Below are positions 13,401 to 26,630 of a stretch of DNA of 64,000 nucleotides, one piece after another. The notes beneath the pieces were generated by a model, which saw only the letters and a list, made by a program, of their open reading frames with translations, was not told where the DNA came from and did not search any database. The translations under genes were made by a program, and so were the position numbers. The stretch's first letter is position 1. Each line of letters starts with the position of its first letter. The stretch is from Anaeramoeba ignava BMAN (taxonomy: Eukaryota; Protista; Anaeramoebae): NCBI GenBank assembly GCA_028826165.1, contig JAPDFW010000140.1, positions 1-64,000 of the forward strand. The letters are read 5' to 3'.

Positions 13401-16057
13401 AATTAATTTATATTTAAATTTAAAATTAATTTATATTTATATTTAAAATTAATTTATATTTAAATTTAAAATTAATTTATATTTATATTTAAAATTAATT
13501 TATATTTAAATTTAAAATTAATTTATATTTAAGTTTAATATTAATTGTATGTTAATTTTTTGATATCGAGAGAATAACAAAATTATTTTTTTTTTGAAAA
13601 TTTTTTTTTGTAATTTTTTTTTCGAGTTGCAAACGAGAAAAAAAAAGGAAATGGATTTTCGACTTTGGAGAAAATTCATGGAAGAAAAAAGATAATCAAA
13701 AAAAAATAACAATTTTGTTATTTTCGAGAAAGAGAAAATTAACAGGTTTGTTCGAAGCGAAAAAGAAATCCAAAGAGGTTCTCTTTTTTTCTTAGAGAGA
13801 TCATGTTAGTATTCCACTTTTCCATTCTTCAAATCCAAGAATCAACTTTTCATTGCCTTATTTTTTTGTTCCAGGTTTCTCCCCAATTTCCATATCCAGA
13901 TTCTAATTATCCCAAGAAGACTTCAGTGATGCTTTCGTATTAAATAGAATCTTTTTCTAATTTGGATCCAAATTCAAACCATTTTGATATATTCTGACCA
14001 AATTGGAATATCTTTGCTAAATAAAATTCAATAATCAGACTATTCTTCTCTGTTTATGATTTAATGATTCCAAACTGAGATATTGAAAACCAAACTCATT
14101 TTCCTTTTAAGACAGACAAAAAAGTTTTATTAAAAAACAAAATTGGACAGGAGTATAAGTAAATTATACTTCCGGACAAATTCCTGCCCCTCCAAATAAA
14201 AATTTATTAAAAATTTGGAAAAAAATTTCAAATCGGACATTTATGGAAATTATTCTTCTGTTTCAAAATTTTTATTCACTTTCAAAAAGATAAAGGGATT
14301 TATTTTTTTATTGTTTATACTTGCAACTTCGAACAATTTATATTTAAATTTAAAATTAATTTATATTTATATTTAAAATTAATTTATATTTGTATTTAAA
14401 ATTAATTTATATTTAAGTTTATATTAATTTATATTTAAGTTTAAAATTAATTTATATTTAATATTAATTTAAGTTTAAAATTAATTTATATTTGATTTAA
14501 AATTAATTTATATTTGAATTTAATATTAATTTATTCACCTAAAGGAGGAGTTCTATTTTGACGTGGTTGAGCATTACGAGATCTTAAAACGGATTTTAGA
14601 TTTGCCATTCCTTGACCACCAAGACCAGGAAGAGCAAGACCACCTTCAAAAGGATTTGGAGGAGGCATGACTTGATTAGGATCAGTTGTTTCAGTTGTCA
14701 TCATTGGTGGTGGTGGTTGTGCAAAATTCTCATTTGTTTGAGGTGGTGGTATAAATTGTTGTGTTGTTACTTCTGGTAATTGTGGTTGTGGTGTTGGTAT
14801 AGATTCAGGCATTATAACTGGTTGTTGTTCAGCTATTTCTTCTACATAATTTCCTATTTATTTGTAACAAATTTTTTTTTGTATTTTGTATTTTTATTTT
14901 AATTTTAAATTTTAATTTTAATTTTAATTTTAATTTTAATTGTAATTTTAATTTTAATTTTATTTTTAAAGTTTAATTTTAATTTTAATTTTATTTTTAA
15001 TTTTAATTTCATTTTTAATTTTTATTTTAATTTTATTTAAAGTTTTGATCAATAAGTGAATTTATAAAAAATTCTTTTTAAATTTTCCATAATAAATCAT
15101 TTTAGATTAAATTAATAAAATATTAATAAAATTAATTTAAATAAAATTCTTTTTAAATTTTCTTAATAAATCATTTTAGATTAATTTGATAAAATATTAA
15201 TAAAATTAATTTAGAAAAATTCTTTTTAAATTTTTACAATAAATCATTTTAAATTAAATTAATAAAATATTAATAAAATTAATTTATAAAAATTCTTTTA
15301 AATTTTCTTAATAAATCATTTTAGATTAAATTAATAAAATATTAATAAAATTAATTTAGAAAAAATTCTTTTAAATTTTTATAATAAATTATTTTAGATT
15401 AAATTAATAAAATATTAATAAAATTAATTTATAAAAAATTCTTTTAAATTTTCATAATAAATTATTTTAAATTAATTTAATAAAATATTAATAAAATAAA
15501 TTTAAATAAAATTCTTTTAAATTTTCTCAATAAATTATTTTAGATTAATTTGATAAAATATTAATAAAATTAATTTAGAAAAATTCTTTTAAATTTTCAT
15601 AATAAATTATTTTAGATTAATTTGATAAAATATTAATAAAATAAATTTAGAAAAAATTCTTTTAAATTTTCGATAAAATTTTTTAAAAAGAAAATTCGAA
15701 TTCAAAACAAATTCAAAAATAATAAGAATTAAGATTGAAATTAAAATTGAAAAAAATAAGACAGAAAAGAGACAAAAAGAAAGAAAAGGAAATACCTGGA
15801 AAATATCCATCAGCATCACCAAGTAACCCTCTCCACCATTCTTCACCTTTTTCAATAATTTGAATTCTATCGCCTTCTCTAAAGCTCAGTTCACTTTCGG
15901 TTTCTCCTTGATAATCATATAAGGCAACAGCCCACACCTCCGCTTCTTGTTCTTGAGGAGGCGGTGGCGGTCGTTGTACTTGTGTTGGTTCTGTCGGCTT
16001 AACGGCCGTTGTTTGACTTCTATCTCGATTTTTTTTCTTTCTTCCAAAAAGTCCCAT
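10485..16057 (-). CDS. Two-SH3, proline-rich adaptor protein (CIN85/CD2AP-like organisation)
   Basis: Exons 16057-15796, 14853-14539, 12542-11719, 11555-10485 join in frame; SH3-1 AVALYDYQG..WWRG..GYFPG|NYVE, SH3-2 AIGEFFPEDEGQL..GWFYG..GYFPGDFVE; PxLPVR and QEFPPK repeats. Confidence 0.85.
12570..14530. repeat. 23-bp intronic minisatellite TTAAATTTAAAATTAATTTATAT, interrupted by a 788-bp unique insert
   Basis: Same unit on both sides of 13547-14334, within intron 14538-12543. Confidence 0.9.
13547..14334. mobile_element. Unique 788-bp insertion in an intronic satellite, flanked by AATT direct repeats (putative non-autonomous or degenerate element)
   Basis: tt-AATT-gtatg...ttcgaac-AATT-tata; removing the insert and one AATT restores the host unit; higher complexity than flanks, only stop-riddled reading frames. 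Confidence 0.5.
15060..15680. repeat. ~73-bp intronic tandem repeat (~8 copies)
   Basis: ataaatcatttt marker at 15098, 15172, 15245, 15317 (spacing 72-74). Confidence 0.9.
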
Positions 16058-16420
16058 TTGTTTGTATTTTTATTATTATTATTGTTGTTATTATTTGTTT
16101 ATTTATTTATTTATTTCGATTTTTGTTTTTTTTTTGTTTTGTTTTTTTTTTGGTTATTAAAATGAAAAAGCAAAATAATTAAAAAAAAAAATGATTTTAA
16201 AATGGAGAAAAAAAATTTTTTTAATTTAAATTTTTTTTAATTTTTTTTTTTCGTCTTTTTAATTTTTTTTTTTGCTTTTTTTTTTTTTTTAAAACAAATT
16301 TTAAGTAAAAATTATTAATTAAAAATTGTTTACAACTTTAATCAAATTCAATTTAAAAAAAAAATTTAAATTAAAAAAAAATTAATCCAAATGAAAAAAT
16401 TTTTTTTTCTTTTTTTTTTT

Positions 16421-16449
16421 TCATTTTTTCATTTTTTCATTTTCATTCT
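16421..16449 (+). promoter_or_regulatory. Tandem TCATTTT Inr-like motifs upstream of SH3-RasGEF
   Basis: tcattttttcattttttcattttcatt, 55-80 nt before the ATG at 16504. Confidence 0.55.
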
Positions 16450-16503
16450 TTTTTTCAATACTTTTTCTTTTTTATTTTCAATTTATTTTTTCTTTTTTAT
16501 TAA

Positions 16504-19500
16504 ATGGAAATTATTGGAGTTGCTTTATATGATTATATTACAAAACAAGAAGATGCTTTATGTTTTTTTGAAAATGATATTATTCACAATATTCAACCTG
16601 AAAAAACTGGATGGTGGTTTGGAGAAAAAGAAGGAAAAATTGGCGGGTTTTTATTATTATTTTATTATTTATTATTTATTATTTATTATTATTATTTTAT
16701 TATTTTAGTTTTCCAATGAATTATGTGAGGTTAATTGATAAAGATCATCCATTACTTTCACCTTTAGAAGGTAAATTATCCAAAATAATTATAATAACAA
16801 ATTTAATAACAAATTTAATAACAAATTTAATAACAAATTTAATAATAAATTTAATAACAAATTCCAAAATTCCAAAATAAAAAATTTAATAAATAATTTA
16901 ATAAATAATTTAATAACAAATTTAATAAATAATTTAATAACAAATTCCAAAATTCCAAAATTCCAAAATAATTTAATAAATAATTTAATAAATAATTTAA
17001 TAACAAATTTAATAAATAATTTAATAACAAATTTAATAACAAATTTAATAACAAATTTAATAACAAATTTAATAATAAATTTAATAACAAATTCCAAAAT
17101 TCCAAAATAAAAATTTAATAAATAATTTAATAAATAATTTAATAACAAATTTAATAAATAATTTAATAACAAATTTAATAAATAATTTAATAGCAAATTT
17201 AATAACAAATTTAATAACAAATTTAATAAATAATTTAATAGCAAATTTAATAACAAATTTAATAACAAAATTTAATAAATAATTTAATAACAAATTTAAT
17301 AACAAATTCAAAAATTCCAAAATAAATAATTTAATAAATAATTTAATAAATAATTTAATAACAAATTCAAAAATAATTTATTAAATAATTTAATAACAAA
17401 TTTAATAAATAATTTAATAACAAATTTAATAAATAATTTAATAACAAATTTAATAAATAATTTAATAACAAATTCCAAAATAATTTAATAAATAATTTAA
17501 TAAATAATTTAATAAATAATTTAATAACAAATTCAAAAATAATTTAATAGCAAATTTAATAAATAATTTAATAAATAATTTAATAAATAATTTAATAATA
17601 AATTTAATAACAAATTCCAAAATAATTTAATAAATAATTTAATAACAAATTTAATAAATAATTTAATAAATAATTTAATAACAAATTTAATAACTAATTT
17701 AATAAATAATTTAATAACAAATTCCAAAATTCCAAAATTTAATAAATAATTTAATAAATAATTTAATAAATAATTTAATTAATAATTTAATAAATAAGCC
17801 GCTCAAAAAATAATCCGCGATGTTCTTCAAACACTCAATTTGAATATCACAACAAACATAAGTCTTACTAAAAAGAAATTACGAGTAGCAATAACATCAG
17901 GAGGAAAAAAACGGAACATGCTTTATTCAAAAGTTCAACAAGAAACACAATCAGTAATTTCACTATGCAAAGAACGAGGGAAACTGACACATTTAATTTC
18001 AAAAGGAATAGAAGAAGAAATTATCGAATTCGCAAGAAATTTCAACAAAGAAAATTATTTTAAACAACATTCGCTAGTTCAAGTTTCAGAAACAGATGAA
18101 ATAAATGAATATTCATTTGATAACATCGCAGATCCTAATAAGGAACTGCCTGATCCACTTGAACAAGAATTGGACGGAATGGATGGCGATGAAATTGATG
18201 ATGAGACAGCTTCTCCAGATGGTTCTGAAGATGAACAAAGTTTAGGAGAAACAAGTGGAAAAATTAATTCAATAGATGCATTTTCAAGTGAAAGAAGTTT
18301 AATTCAAACAGAAAAATCACAAGAAAATCTTCCTAATATTGATGAAATTGAACATATTCCTGCTCCTCTTACTAGTTATGATAGTTTTCTTCCTCCACTT
18401 AGTGGTTTGGATGATATTCCAGTTCCACTCACTAGTTTTGATAGTATTCCACCTCCAGTGACTGATTTTGATAATATTCCACCACCAATAAAAAATCAAA
18501 ATCAAAATCAAAATGAAAATCAAAATCAAATTGAAGATCAAAATCAAAACCAAAATGAAAATCAAAACGAAAATAAAATTAAAATTAAAATTAAAAATAA
18601 AATTAAAAATCAAAATCAAAATCAAAATCAAAATCAAAATCAAAATCAAAATCAAAATCAAAATCAAAATCAAATTGAAAATTTAGATCAAGAAACTTCC
18701 AAATATTTAATTGATACTTCTGAATGGTTATTGAAAAAATTAGATGGTATTATTAGCACAGAAAAGAAAAATGTTGATGGATTAATTGCTTTAAATAAAG
18801 TTCAAAAGAAAAAGGTTCTTCTTCAACAAGCAGAAGTTTTAATTTCGCAAGCAAATCAATTGATTTATAATTTGGAAATTTTGCGCAAAGTTTGTTTGCG
18901 TGATTTATTGAAATTGTCTAAGATTTATCATCCTAAACTTCAATATGGATATGCTATTCAATCTTTTAAAAGTCAAACTCAACCGAATTTTCATTTTAAT
19001 TCTGGAGATTTTGTTGTACTTTTAGATATTACAATGAAAAAAGGAAAGACTGAAAAATTTATGGCTGAAGTGAATAAAATACGAGAAGAAGTTCAACCAG
19101 ATATGATTGAATTTGTTGAGGTTAATTTTATAATATTTATTTTAATATTTATTTAATATTTATTTTATATTTATTTAATATTTATTTAATATTTATTTAA
19201 TATTTATTTAATATTTATTTAATATTTATTTTAATTTTGATTTAATATTTATTTAATATTTAATTAATATTTATTTAATATTTATTTAATATTTATTTAA
19301 TATTTATTTAATATTTATTTAATATTTAATATTTATTTAATATTTAATTTTGATTTAATATTTATTTAATATTTATTTAATATTTATTTAATATTTATTT
19401 AATATTTATTTAATATTTATTTAATATTTATTTAATATTTATTTAATATTTATTTAATATTTATTTAATATTTATTTAATATTTATTTAATATTTATTTT

Positions 19501-20504
19501 AATATTTATTTTAATATTTATTTAATATTAATTTAATATTTATTTAATTTTGATTTAATATTTATTTAATATTTATTTAATATTTATTTAATATATTTAA
19601 TATTTATTTAATATTTATTTAATATTTATTTTAATATTTATTTTAATATTTATTTAATATTTATTTAATATTTATTTTAATTTTGATTTAGATGAAAAAC
19701 TTCGATAAAGCCTTTATCGAAAAACAAAAACCAAAAAAACACATTCCAAAACTTCCTAAACAAATGAAATACGTTTCTATTATTGATTTTGATCCAGACG
19801 AAATTGCAAAACAACTAACAAAATTAGAATACAAACTCTTTTGCAACATCAAAGCAGCAGAATTTCTTAATGGAAATTGGAAGAAAAAATCAACTCAAAA
19901 TTTCACTCCAAATTTAACAGAATTTTTTGGACATTTTAACATAATTGAATCATGGGTTGCAACACTTATAATCCAAACAGAAAAACGGAAAGAAAGACAC
20001 AAAATGCTTTCCCATTTTGTTAATATCGCAACAACAGCTAAGGATGTTAATAATTTTACTCTTTTAAGAGCGTTAATAAAAGGAATATTTCATCAAGAAG
20101 TGAGAAATTTAAAGAAAACAATGACTACTTTTTCAAGTTCTTCGATGTCAAAATTAACGGAATTGGAAAAAATGTTTTTCAGAAGAAATAACTTTGAAGA
20201 ATATCGCAAAATCGAAGAACAAACTGCTGATTCTTTTCTTCCTTTAATTCCCTTTTTGGATCCTCATCTCGATGAAATTGATGCTGCTGAAACAAGATTA
20301 AAGAAAAAAGAAACAGAAAAAGGTGAACTTTCTCAAGAATTATATTTGGCTTTATTCAATATTGTTAAGTTTCAAGCAAGATCTTTGAGAATTAAATCTT
20401 CACAAGAAATGCAAAAATATTTTTCAAAATTACCCGTTTTAACTGATGAAAAATTGAAAGCACTTTCTGAATTGAGAGCTTTGGATGAAATTAACAGAAA
20501 ATGA
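16504..20504 (+). CDS. SH3 / HR1-like / degenerate SH3 / CDC25 RasGEF protein
   Basis: Exons 16504-16646, 16709-16770, 17799-19120, 19692-20504 join in frame; SH3 ALYDY..GWWFG..GGFPMNYV; CDC25 [50 protein letters not shown]. Confidence 0.9.
16790..17795. repeat. 12-bp intronic repeat AATTTAATAA(CA/AT)
   Basis: Fills intron 16771-17798. Confidence 0.9.
19135..19685. repeat. 12-bp intronic repeat TTTATTTAATAT
   Basis: Fills intron 19121-19691. Confidence 0.9.
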
Positions 20505-20904
20505 TTCTTTTCTTATTTTTTTTTTTCTTCTTCTTAATAAGTTTTTTTAAATGAAAATTTTTTTCCGATTTTGAAAATTTTTTTTAACAAAAGAAAATTA
20601 AAAGAAATTTAAAAGAAATTTAAAAGAAATTTGAAAGAAATTTGAATTGAATTTTTGATTTTATTTTGAATTTAAAAAATATTATTTTCTTTTTAAATTT
20701 TGAATTAAATTTTCTTTTTAAATTTTGAATTGAATTTTCTTTTTAAATTTTCTTTTTGAATTTTGTTTTGAATTTTGTTTTGAATTTTGTTTTGAATTTT
20801 GTTTGAATTTTGTTTTGAATTTTGAATTGAATTAAATTTAGAAAAATTCCACTTTCTAAATTAGCAAAACAAAAGATAAGGAAAAAAAGAAAAAAAAAGG
20901 GGGA

Positions 20905-22438
20905 TTAAAAATGAGAACCACGTTTCCTATAAAAAGGGGGTCTTGATTCAACAAAATGAGGAAAACGTTGATTTTGAAAAGGAGAAGGACCTGAATAAGG
21001 GAATCTAGGAGAATTTCTGGATTGCATAGGTCGACTTCTAGGAACATATCCCCATCCTGTTGGTCTTCTTGTTGGATAAGGCCGTCTATTAAAGGATGGG
21101 TTAATAATTAATGGTCGACGATTTTGACTTCGATAAATTGGTATATTTTCTTCATTTTCATCAAGATTTATATTTGATTCGTTGTTTTCATCTTTATCTT
21201 CTTCTTTGTCTTTTTCATCTTCATCTCCGTTTTTTAAATTTTCTTCAGTTTCTTTTTTGTTTTCGTTCATTGGCTTTTTTTGATAAGTTGGATCGTATTT
21301 TGGATTTTGGATCTTGATTGTAATTGTAGCAACTCTTTTTTTATTCTCGAGTCTTAATTCATTTTAATTTTAATATTAATTTTAATTTTAATTTTAATTT
21401 TAATTTCAAAATGAATTTTAATTTTAATATTAATTTTAATTTTAATTTTAATTTTAATATTAATTTTGATTTTAATTTTAATTTAATTATTTTTAATTTA
21501 TAAATGAATTTAATTTTATAAATGAATTTTAATTTTAATTTTAATTTTAATTTTAATTTTAATTTTAATTTTAATTTTAATTTTAATTTTAATTTTAAAT
21601 TTAATATTAATTTTAAATTTTGATTTAAATTTTAATTTTAATTTTAATTATAATATTGATTTTTAATTTTAATTTTAATTTTAATTTTTAATTTCAATTT
21701 CAATTTCAATTTTAATTTTAATTTTTAATATTAATTTTAATTTTGATTTTAATTTTAATTTTAATTTTAATTTTTATTTTTAATTTTAATTTTAATTTTA
21801 ATTTTAATTTTAATTTATAAATGAATTTTAATATTAATTTTATAAATGAATTTTAATTTTAATTTATAAATGAATTTTAATATTAATTTTATAAATGAAT
21901 TTTAATTTTAATTTATAAATGAATTTTAATTTTAATTTTGATTTTAATTTTAATTTTAATTTTAATTTTAATTTTAATTTTGATTTTAATTTTAATTTTT
22001 AATTTTAATTTTAATTTTAATTTTGATTTTAATATTAATATTAATTTTAATTTTGATTTTAATTTTAATTTTAATTTTAATTTTGATTTTAATATTAATT
22101 TTAATTTTAATTTTTAATTTTGATTTTAATTTATAAATGAATTTAATTTTATAAATGGGAAAAATAAGGAAAAAATACGAGTCATTATAGTTAATAACAA
22201 AAACAGTTCCAGTATTCATTTCATAATCAAGATTTGTAAATTCTTGTTTTAAAACTTCAGCTAAAGCAACAGCTTTATTAATAGCAGCTCCCATTGCACA
22301 AATTTGAATTTCTTTTAAATCTGGTTGAGTCATTAATTGTTTTGCATATTGTAAATAATTTTGTATCTTTCCATATCCAGATATTCTTATTTCATTGCTT
22401 TGGATTGATGGAAATGGTTGTATTTTTTTTGATTCCAT
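20905..22438 (-). CDS. Alba-domain (Rpp25/Alba-like) nucleic-acid-binding protein with acidic linker and R/P/F-rich tail
   Basis: Exons 22438-22179 and 21352-20905; NEIRISGYGKIQNYLQYA..AMGAAINKAVALAEVLK..RVATITIKI is the Alba signature. Confidence 0.88.
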
Positions 22439-22526
22439 TAATAAATTTTAATTAAAATGAAAAAAATGAAAAAAAAAATTTAATTTTTTTTTTGAACTAA
22501 TTATTACTCATTTTGTTTTTTTTTTA

Positions 22527-23650
22527 AAATTATTTTATAATAAAAATATTTAATTTGAAATATGATTTAAATTATATATTAATTTGGAAATGTTTTTAGT
22601 TTATTATTTACTAATAATTTATAAATAAAATTTAATTCAAAATTATTCAAAATTATGATAAAAAATTATTAAATTATTTTATAATAAAAATATTTAATTT
22701 GAAATATGGTTTAAATTATATATTAATTTGGAAATGTTTTTGATTCATTATTTACTAATAATTTATAAATAATATTTAATTCAAAATTATTCAAAATTAT
22801 GATAAAAATTATTAAATTATTTTATAATAAAAATATTTAATTTGAAATATGGTTTAAATTATATATTAATTTGAAAATGTTTTTGATTCATTATTTAATA
22901 ATAATTTATAAATAAAATTTAATTCAAAATTATTCAAAATTATAATAAAAATTATTAAATTATTTTATAATAAAAATATTTAATTTGAAATATGATTTGA
23001 ATTATATATTAATTTGGAAATGTTTTTAATTCATTATTTATTAATAATTTATAAATAATATTTAATTTAAAATTATTCAAAATTATAATAAAAATTATTA
23101 AATTATTTTATAATAAAAATATTTAATTTGAAATATGGTTTAAATTATATATTAATTTGAAAATGTTTTTGATTCATTATTTACTAATAATTTATAAATA
23201 ATATTTAATTCAAAAATTATTCAAAATTATGATAAAAATTATTAAATTATTTTATAATAAAAATATTTAATTTGAAATATGATTTGAATTATATATTAAT
23301 TTGGAAATGTTTTTGATTCATTATTTACTAATAATTTATAAATAATATTTAATTCAAAATTATTCAAAATTATAATAAAAATTATTAAATTATTTTATAA
23401 TAAAAATATTTAATTTGAAATATGATTTAAATTATATATTTATTTGAAAATGTTTTTAATTTATTATTTACTAATAATTTATAAATAATATTTAATTTAA
23501 AATTATTCAAAATTATAATAAAAAATTATTAAATTATTTTATAATAAAAATATTTAATTTGAAATATGATTTAAATTATATATTAATTTGGAAATGTTTT
23601 TAATTCATTATTTAATAATAATTTATAAATAATATTTAATTCAAAATTAT
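22527..23650. repeat. Satellite A: 8 copies of a 143-144 bp unit
   Basis: gaaatatg at 22557, 22701, 22844, 22987, 23130, 23274, 23417, 23561. Confidence 0.95.
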
Positions 23651-23756
23651 TTTAGAAAAAGTAAAAGAAGGTAAAAAATCCAACTCATTTTTTTTTTATT
23701 TTTTTTATTTTTTTTTTCATTTTTTTACTTTCAATTTATCTTGATTTTATAATAAA

Positions 23757-24704
23757 ATGAACGGATTTAATTGTGTTGTTCTTTTTGATGAAAATAATCA
23801 AAACAAATTAGAAACTTGTGCACATCCATTTCTTGATTCAATTTCACAAAAAGGATGTTCAGGAGAATTAATATTATATAATAAAGAACAAGAAGATAAA
23901 AATTTACATTCAGTTTCAATTATGTCACAATTAATGGCAACTTATTCTGAATTTTTTTCAATTCAAAATTCAAAACCAACTTTTCAAATCAAAGAAAATA
24001 AATTAATTCCAAAAGATGAAATACAAACTTTCCAAGAAAAATTTAATCAAATGAATGTTTCTTTAATTACAAACACTAATTTTCTTTCTCTTTTTGCGGA
24101 TTCTTTAAAAATTCCTTGTTTTGTTATTGATGATAATAATTTGGATGAAGAAAATATTTCAAATTTAATTTCAAAACAAATTCAAAATGATCTTTCAAAT
24201 AAAAACAATTTAATTTTTGTTCATCTTCGAAATAATTTTTCAGAAGAAGAAATTAAATCAAGAAAATTAGATGTAAAAATAGAAAGAAATATAATAATTT
24301 TAGACAAAGTAGCGAAAGAATTAGAAAAAGAAGAAGAAAAAGTATATGTTATTATTATGTCAGGATCAGAATTAAATTCAAATGAAAAATCAAATCAAAA
24401 TTCAAATCAAAATTCAAATCAAAAATCAAATCAAAATTTAAATCAAAATTCAAATCAAAAAAAAGTCTTCCGTCCAAAACAATCTTATACTTTACATGAT
24501 AGAAAAGATATTTCTTCTCTTGTTGAAGGTGGAAATAAAATTGTTGTTTCTTATTATCATAATCAAACTACTAGAATTGATAAAGTTCAACATTTTAATC
24601 AAAAAGAAATCAAAAAAAATGGTGCTAATAAAATAATTTTTGTTGAAAGATTTATTTATGAAATGGCATTTAAAATGGGTTTTATTGAAAAATATGGTGC
24701 TTAA
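23757..24704 (+). CDS. Conserved uncharacterised protein (C-terminus ..RPKQSY..RID..G..ERFIYEMAFKMGFIEKYGA)
   Basis: Intronless 315-aa ORF with normal composition; from memory the terminal KYGA and PxQSY motifs resemble an uncharacterised plant/protist family. Confidence 0.7.
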   Translation: MNGFNCVVLFDENNQNKLETCAHPFLDSISQKGCSGELILYNKEQEDKNLHSVSIMSQLMATYSEFFSIQNSKPTFQIKENKLIPKDEIQTFQEKFNQMNVSLITNTNFLSLFADSLKIPCFVIDDNNLDEENISNLISKQIQNDLSNKNNLIFVHLRNNFSEEEIKSRKLDVKIERNIIILDKVAKELEKEEEKVYVIIMSGSELNSNEKSNQNSNQNSNQKSNQNLNQNSNQKKVFRPKQSYTLHDRKDISSLVEGGNKIVVSYYHNQTTRIDKVQHFNQKEIKKNGANKIIFVERFIYEMAFKMGFIEKYGA

Positions 24705-24877
24705 AACAAATGATAATTTTTTTTCATTTCAATTTGATTTTCCAATTTGATTTTTCATTTCATAAAAAAAAATTAATTCACTTTCTTAATCAAAAATAAA
24801 TATTAGAAAAAAGAAAAGAAAAGAAAAGAAAAATTTGAACTTGTTTTGATAAATATTTATTTTATATTTTTTTTATT

Positions 24878-26549
24878 TTAAATTTTTAATTGATCTTCTA
24901 AAGACATTAATGATGAAAATTTTGCTTGTTTATTTGTAAAAATTGCTATTTTTCCATCAGGCATTTTATCAATAATTGTTAATTCTAAAAGAAACAAAAA
25001 AAAAAGATTTGAATTTAATTTTTTTCTTTGAAAAAAGAATAAGAATTTACTTTGTTTTGTATTAGGAGAACCAATAGGAATAACCTAAAAAAAAATAAAT
25101 CAAGAAGAAAAAAAAAGTGGAACAAAAAATTTTTCAATTAAAAAAAGTGGAACAAAAAAAAAATTAGATTAAATTAAATATTATTTACCATTCTTCCATA
25201 TGGTTTTAATTGGAGTAAAATATTTTCAGGTATTTTTTCACATGCTCCTCCAACTAGAATTGCATCATATGGTTCAAAATCTGGTAAACCTTCAAATCCA
25301 TCTTTTTCAAAAACTTCAAAAACCCCTTTTTTATATAATTCGGGTTGATCTTTTTCTAATGCTTTTTTACTTTCTTCTACAAGTTCAGGAACATGTTCAA
25401 CTCCATAAACTTTTCCTTTTGGTCCGATAATTGTTCCACTTTTTATTTTTGAATTTCAAAATTTAATTTTGATTTCAAAATGAATTTTAATTTTAATTTT
25501 AATTTTATAAATGAATTTTAATTTTAATTTCAATTTCAAAATTTTTAATTTCAAAATTTTTAATTTCAATTTTAATTTCAATTTTAATTTCATTTTTAAT
25601 TTCATAAATGGATTTCAAAATGAATTTTGATTTTAATTTTAATTTTAATTTTAGTTTTAATTTTATAAATGAATTTTAATTTTGATTTTTATTTTAATTT
25701 CAATTTTAATTTCAATTTTAATTTTAATTTTAATTTTAATTTTAATTTTAATTTTAATTTTAATTTTAATTTTAATTTTAATTTTAATTTTAATTTTAAT
25801 TTTAATTTCAATTTTAATTTCAATTTTAATTTCATTTTTAATTTCATAAATGGATTTCAAAATGAATTTTAATTTTGATTTTAATTTTAATTTTAATTTT
25901 AATTTTAATTTTAATTTTATAAATGAATTTTAATTTTAATTTTAATTTTAATTTCAATTTTAACTTATAAATGAATTTTAATTTTAATTTTAATTTTAAT
26001 TTTAATTTCATTTTTAATTTCATAAATGGATTTCAAAATGAATTTTAATTTAAATTTTAAATTTCAATTTTAATTTCAAAATGAATTTAAATTTCAAAAT
26101 GAATTTTAATTTTAATTTTAATTTTAATTTTAATTTTAATTTTAATTTTAATTTCAATTTCAAAATGAATTTTGATTTTAATTTTAATTTTAATTTTAAT
26201 TTTAATTTTAATTTTAATTTCAATTTCAAAATGAATTTCAAAATGAATTTCAAAATGAATTTTAATTAATAAATCACATGAGAGCCATTGAATAGCCTTT
26301 GCCAGAACCAATATCTAAAACTTTACTTCCTGGAAATAACTTTGGAAAAAGTAAAGAAAGATAAATAGCATAAATTTGAGGAGATGAAATAACAGCACCA
26401 AATCCAAGAGAAAGTGGTTCATTTTGATAAACCATTTCAGAATTTGGATCATTCACAAAATTCTTGCGATCTACAACTTCAAATGCTTCTGCAATTCTTT
26501 CATATGTAATAATTTTCTTTTGAATAAAATGATTTATTAAATTTTGCAT
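24878..26549 (-). CDS. PCMT1: Protein-L-isoaspartate O-methyltransferase
   Basis: Exons 26549-26278, 25438-25189, 25084-25051, 24984-24878; motifs VDRKNFV, ISSPQIY, KVLDIGSGKGY, GKVYGVEHVPEL, PYDAILVGGA, QLKPYGRMVIPIG. Confidence 0.92.
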
Positions 26550-26630
26550 TTGAAAAAAAATTTAAATTGAAAAAAATGAAAATTGAAAAAAATGAAAAAT
26601 TTAAATTCATTTTTTTTTACTTTTCAAAAA

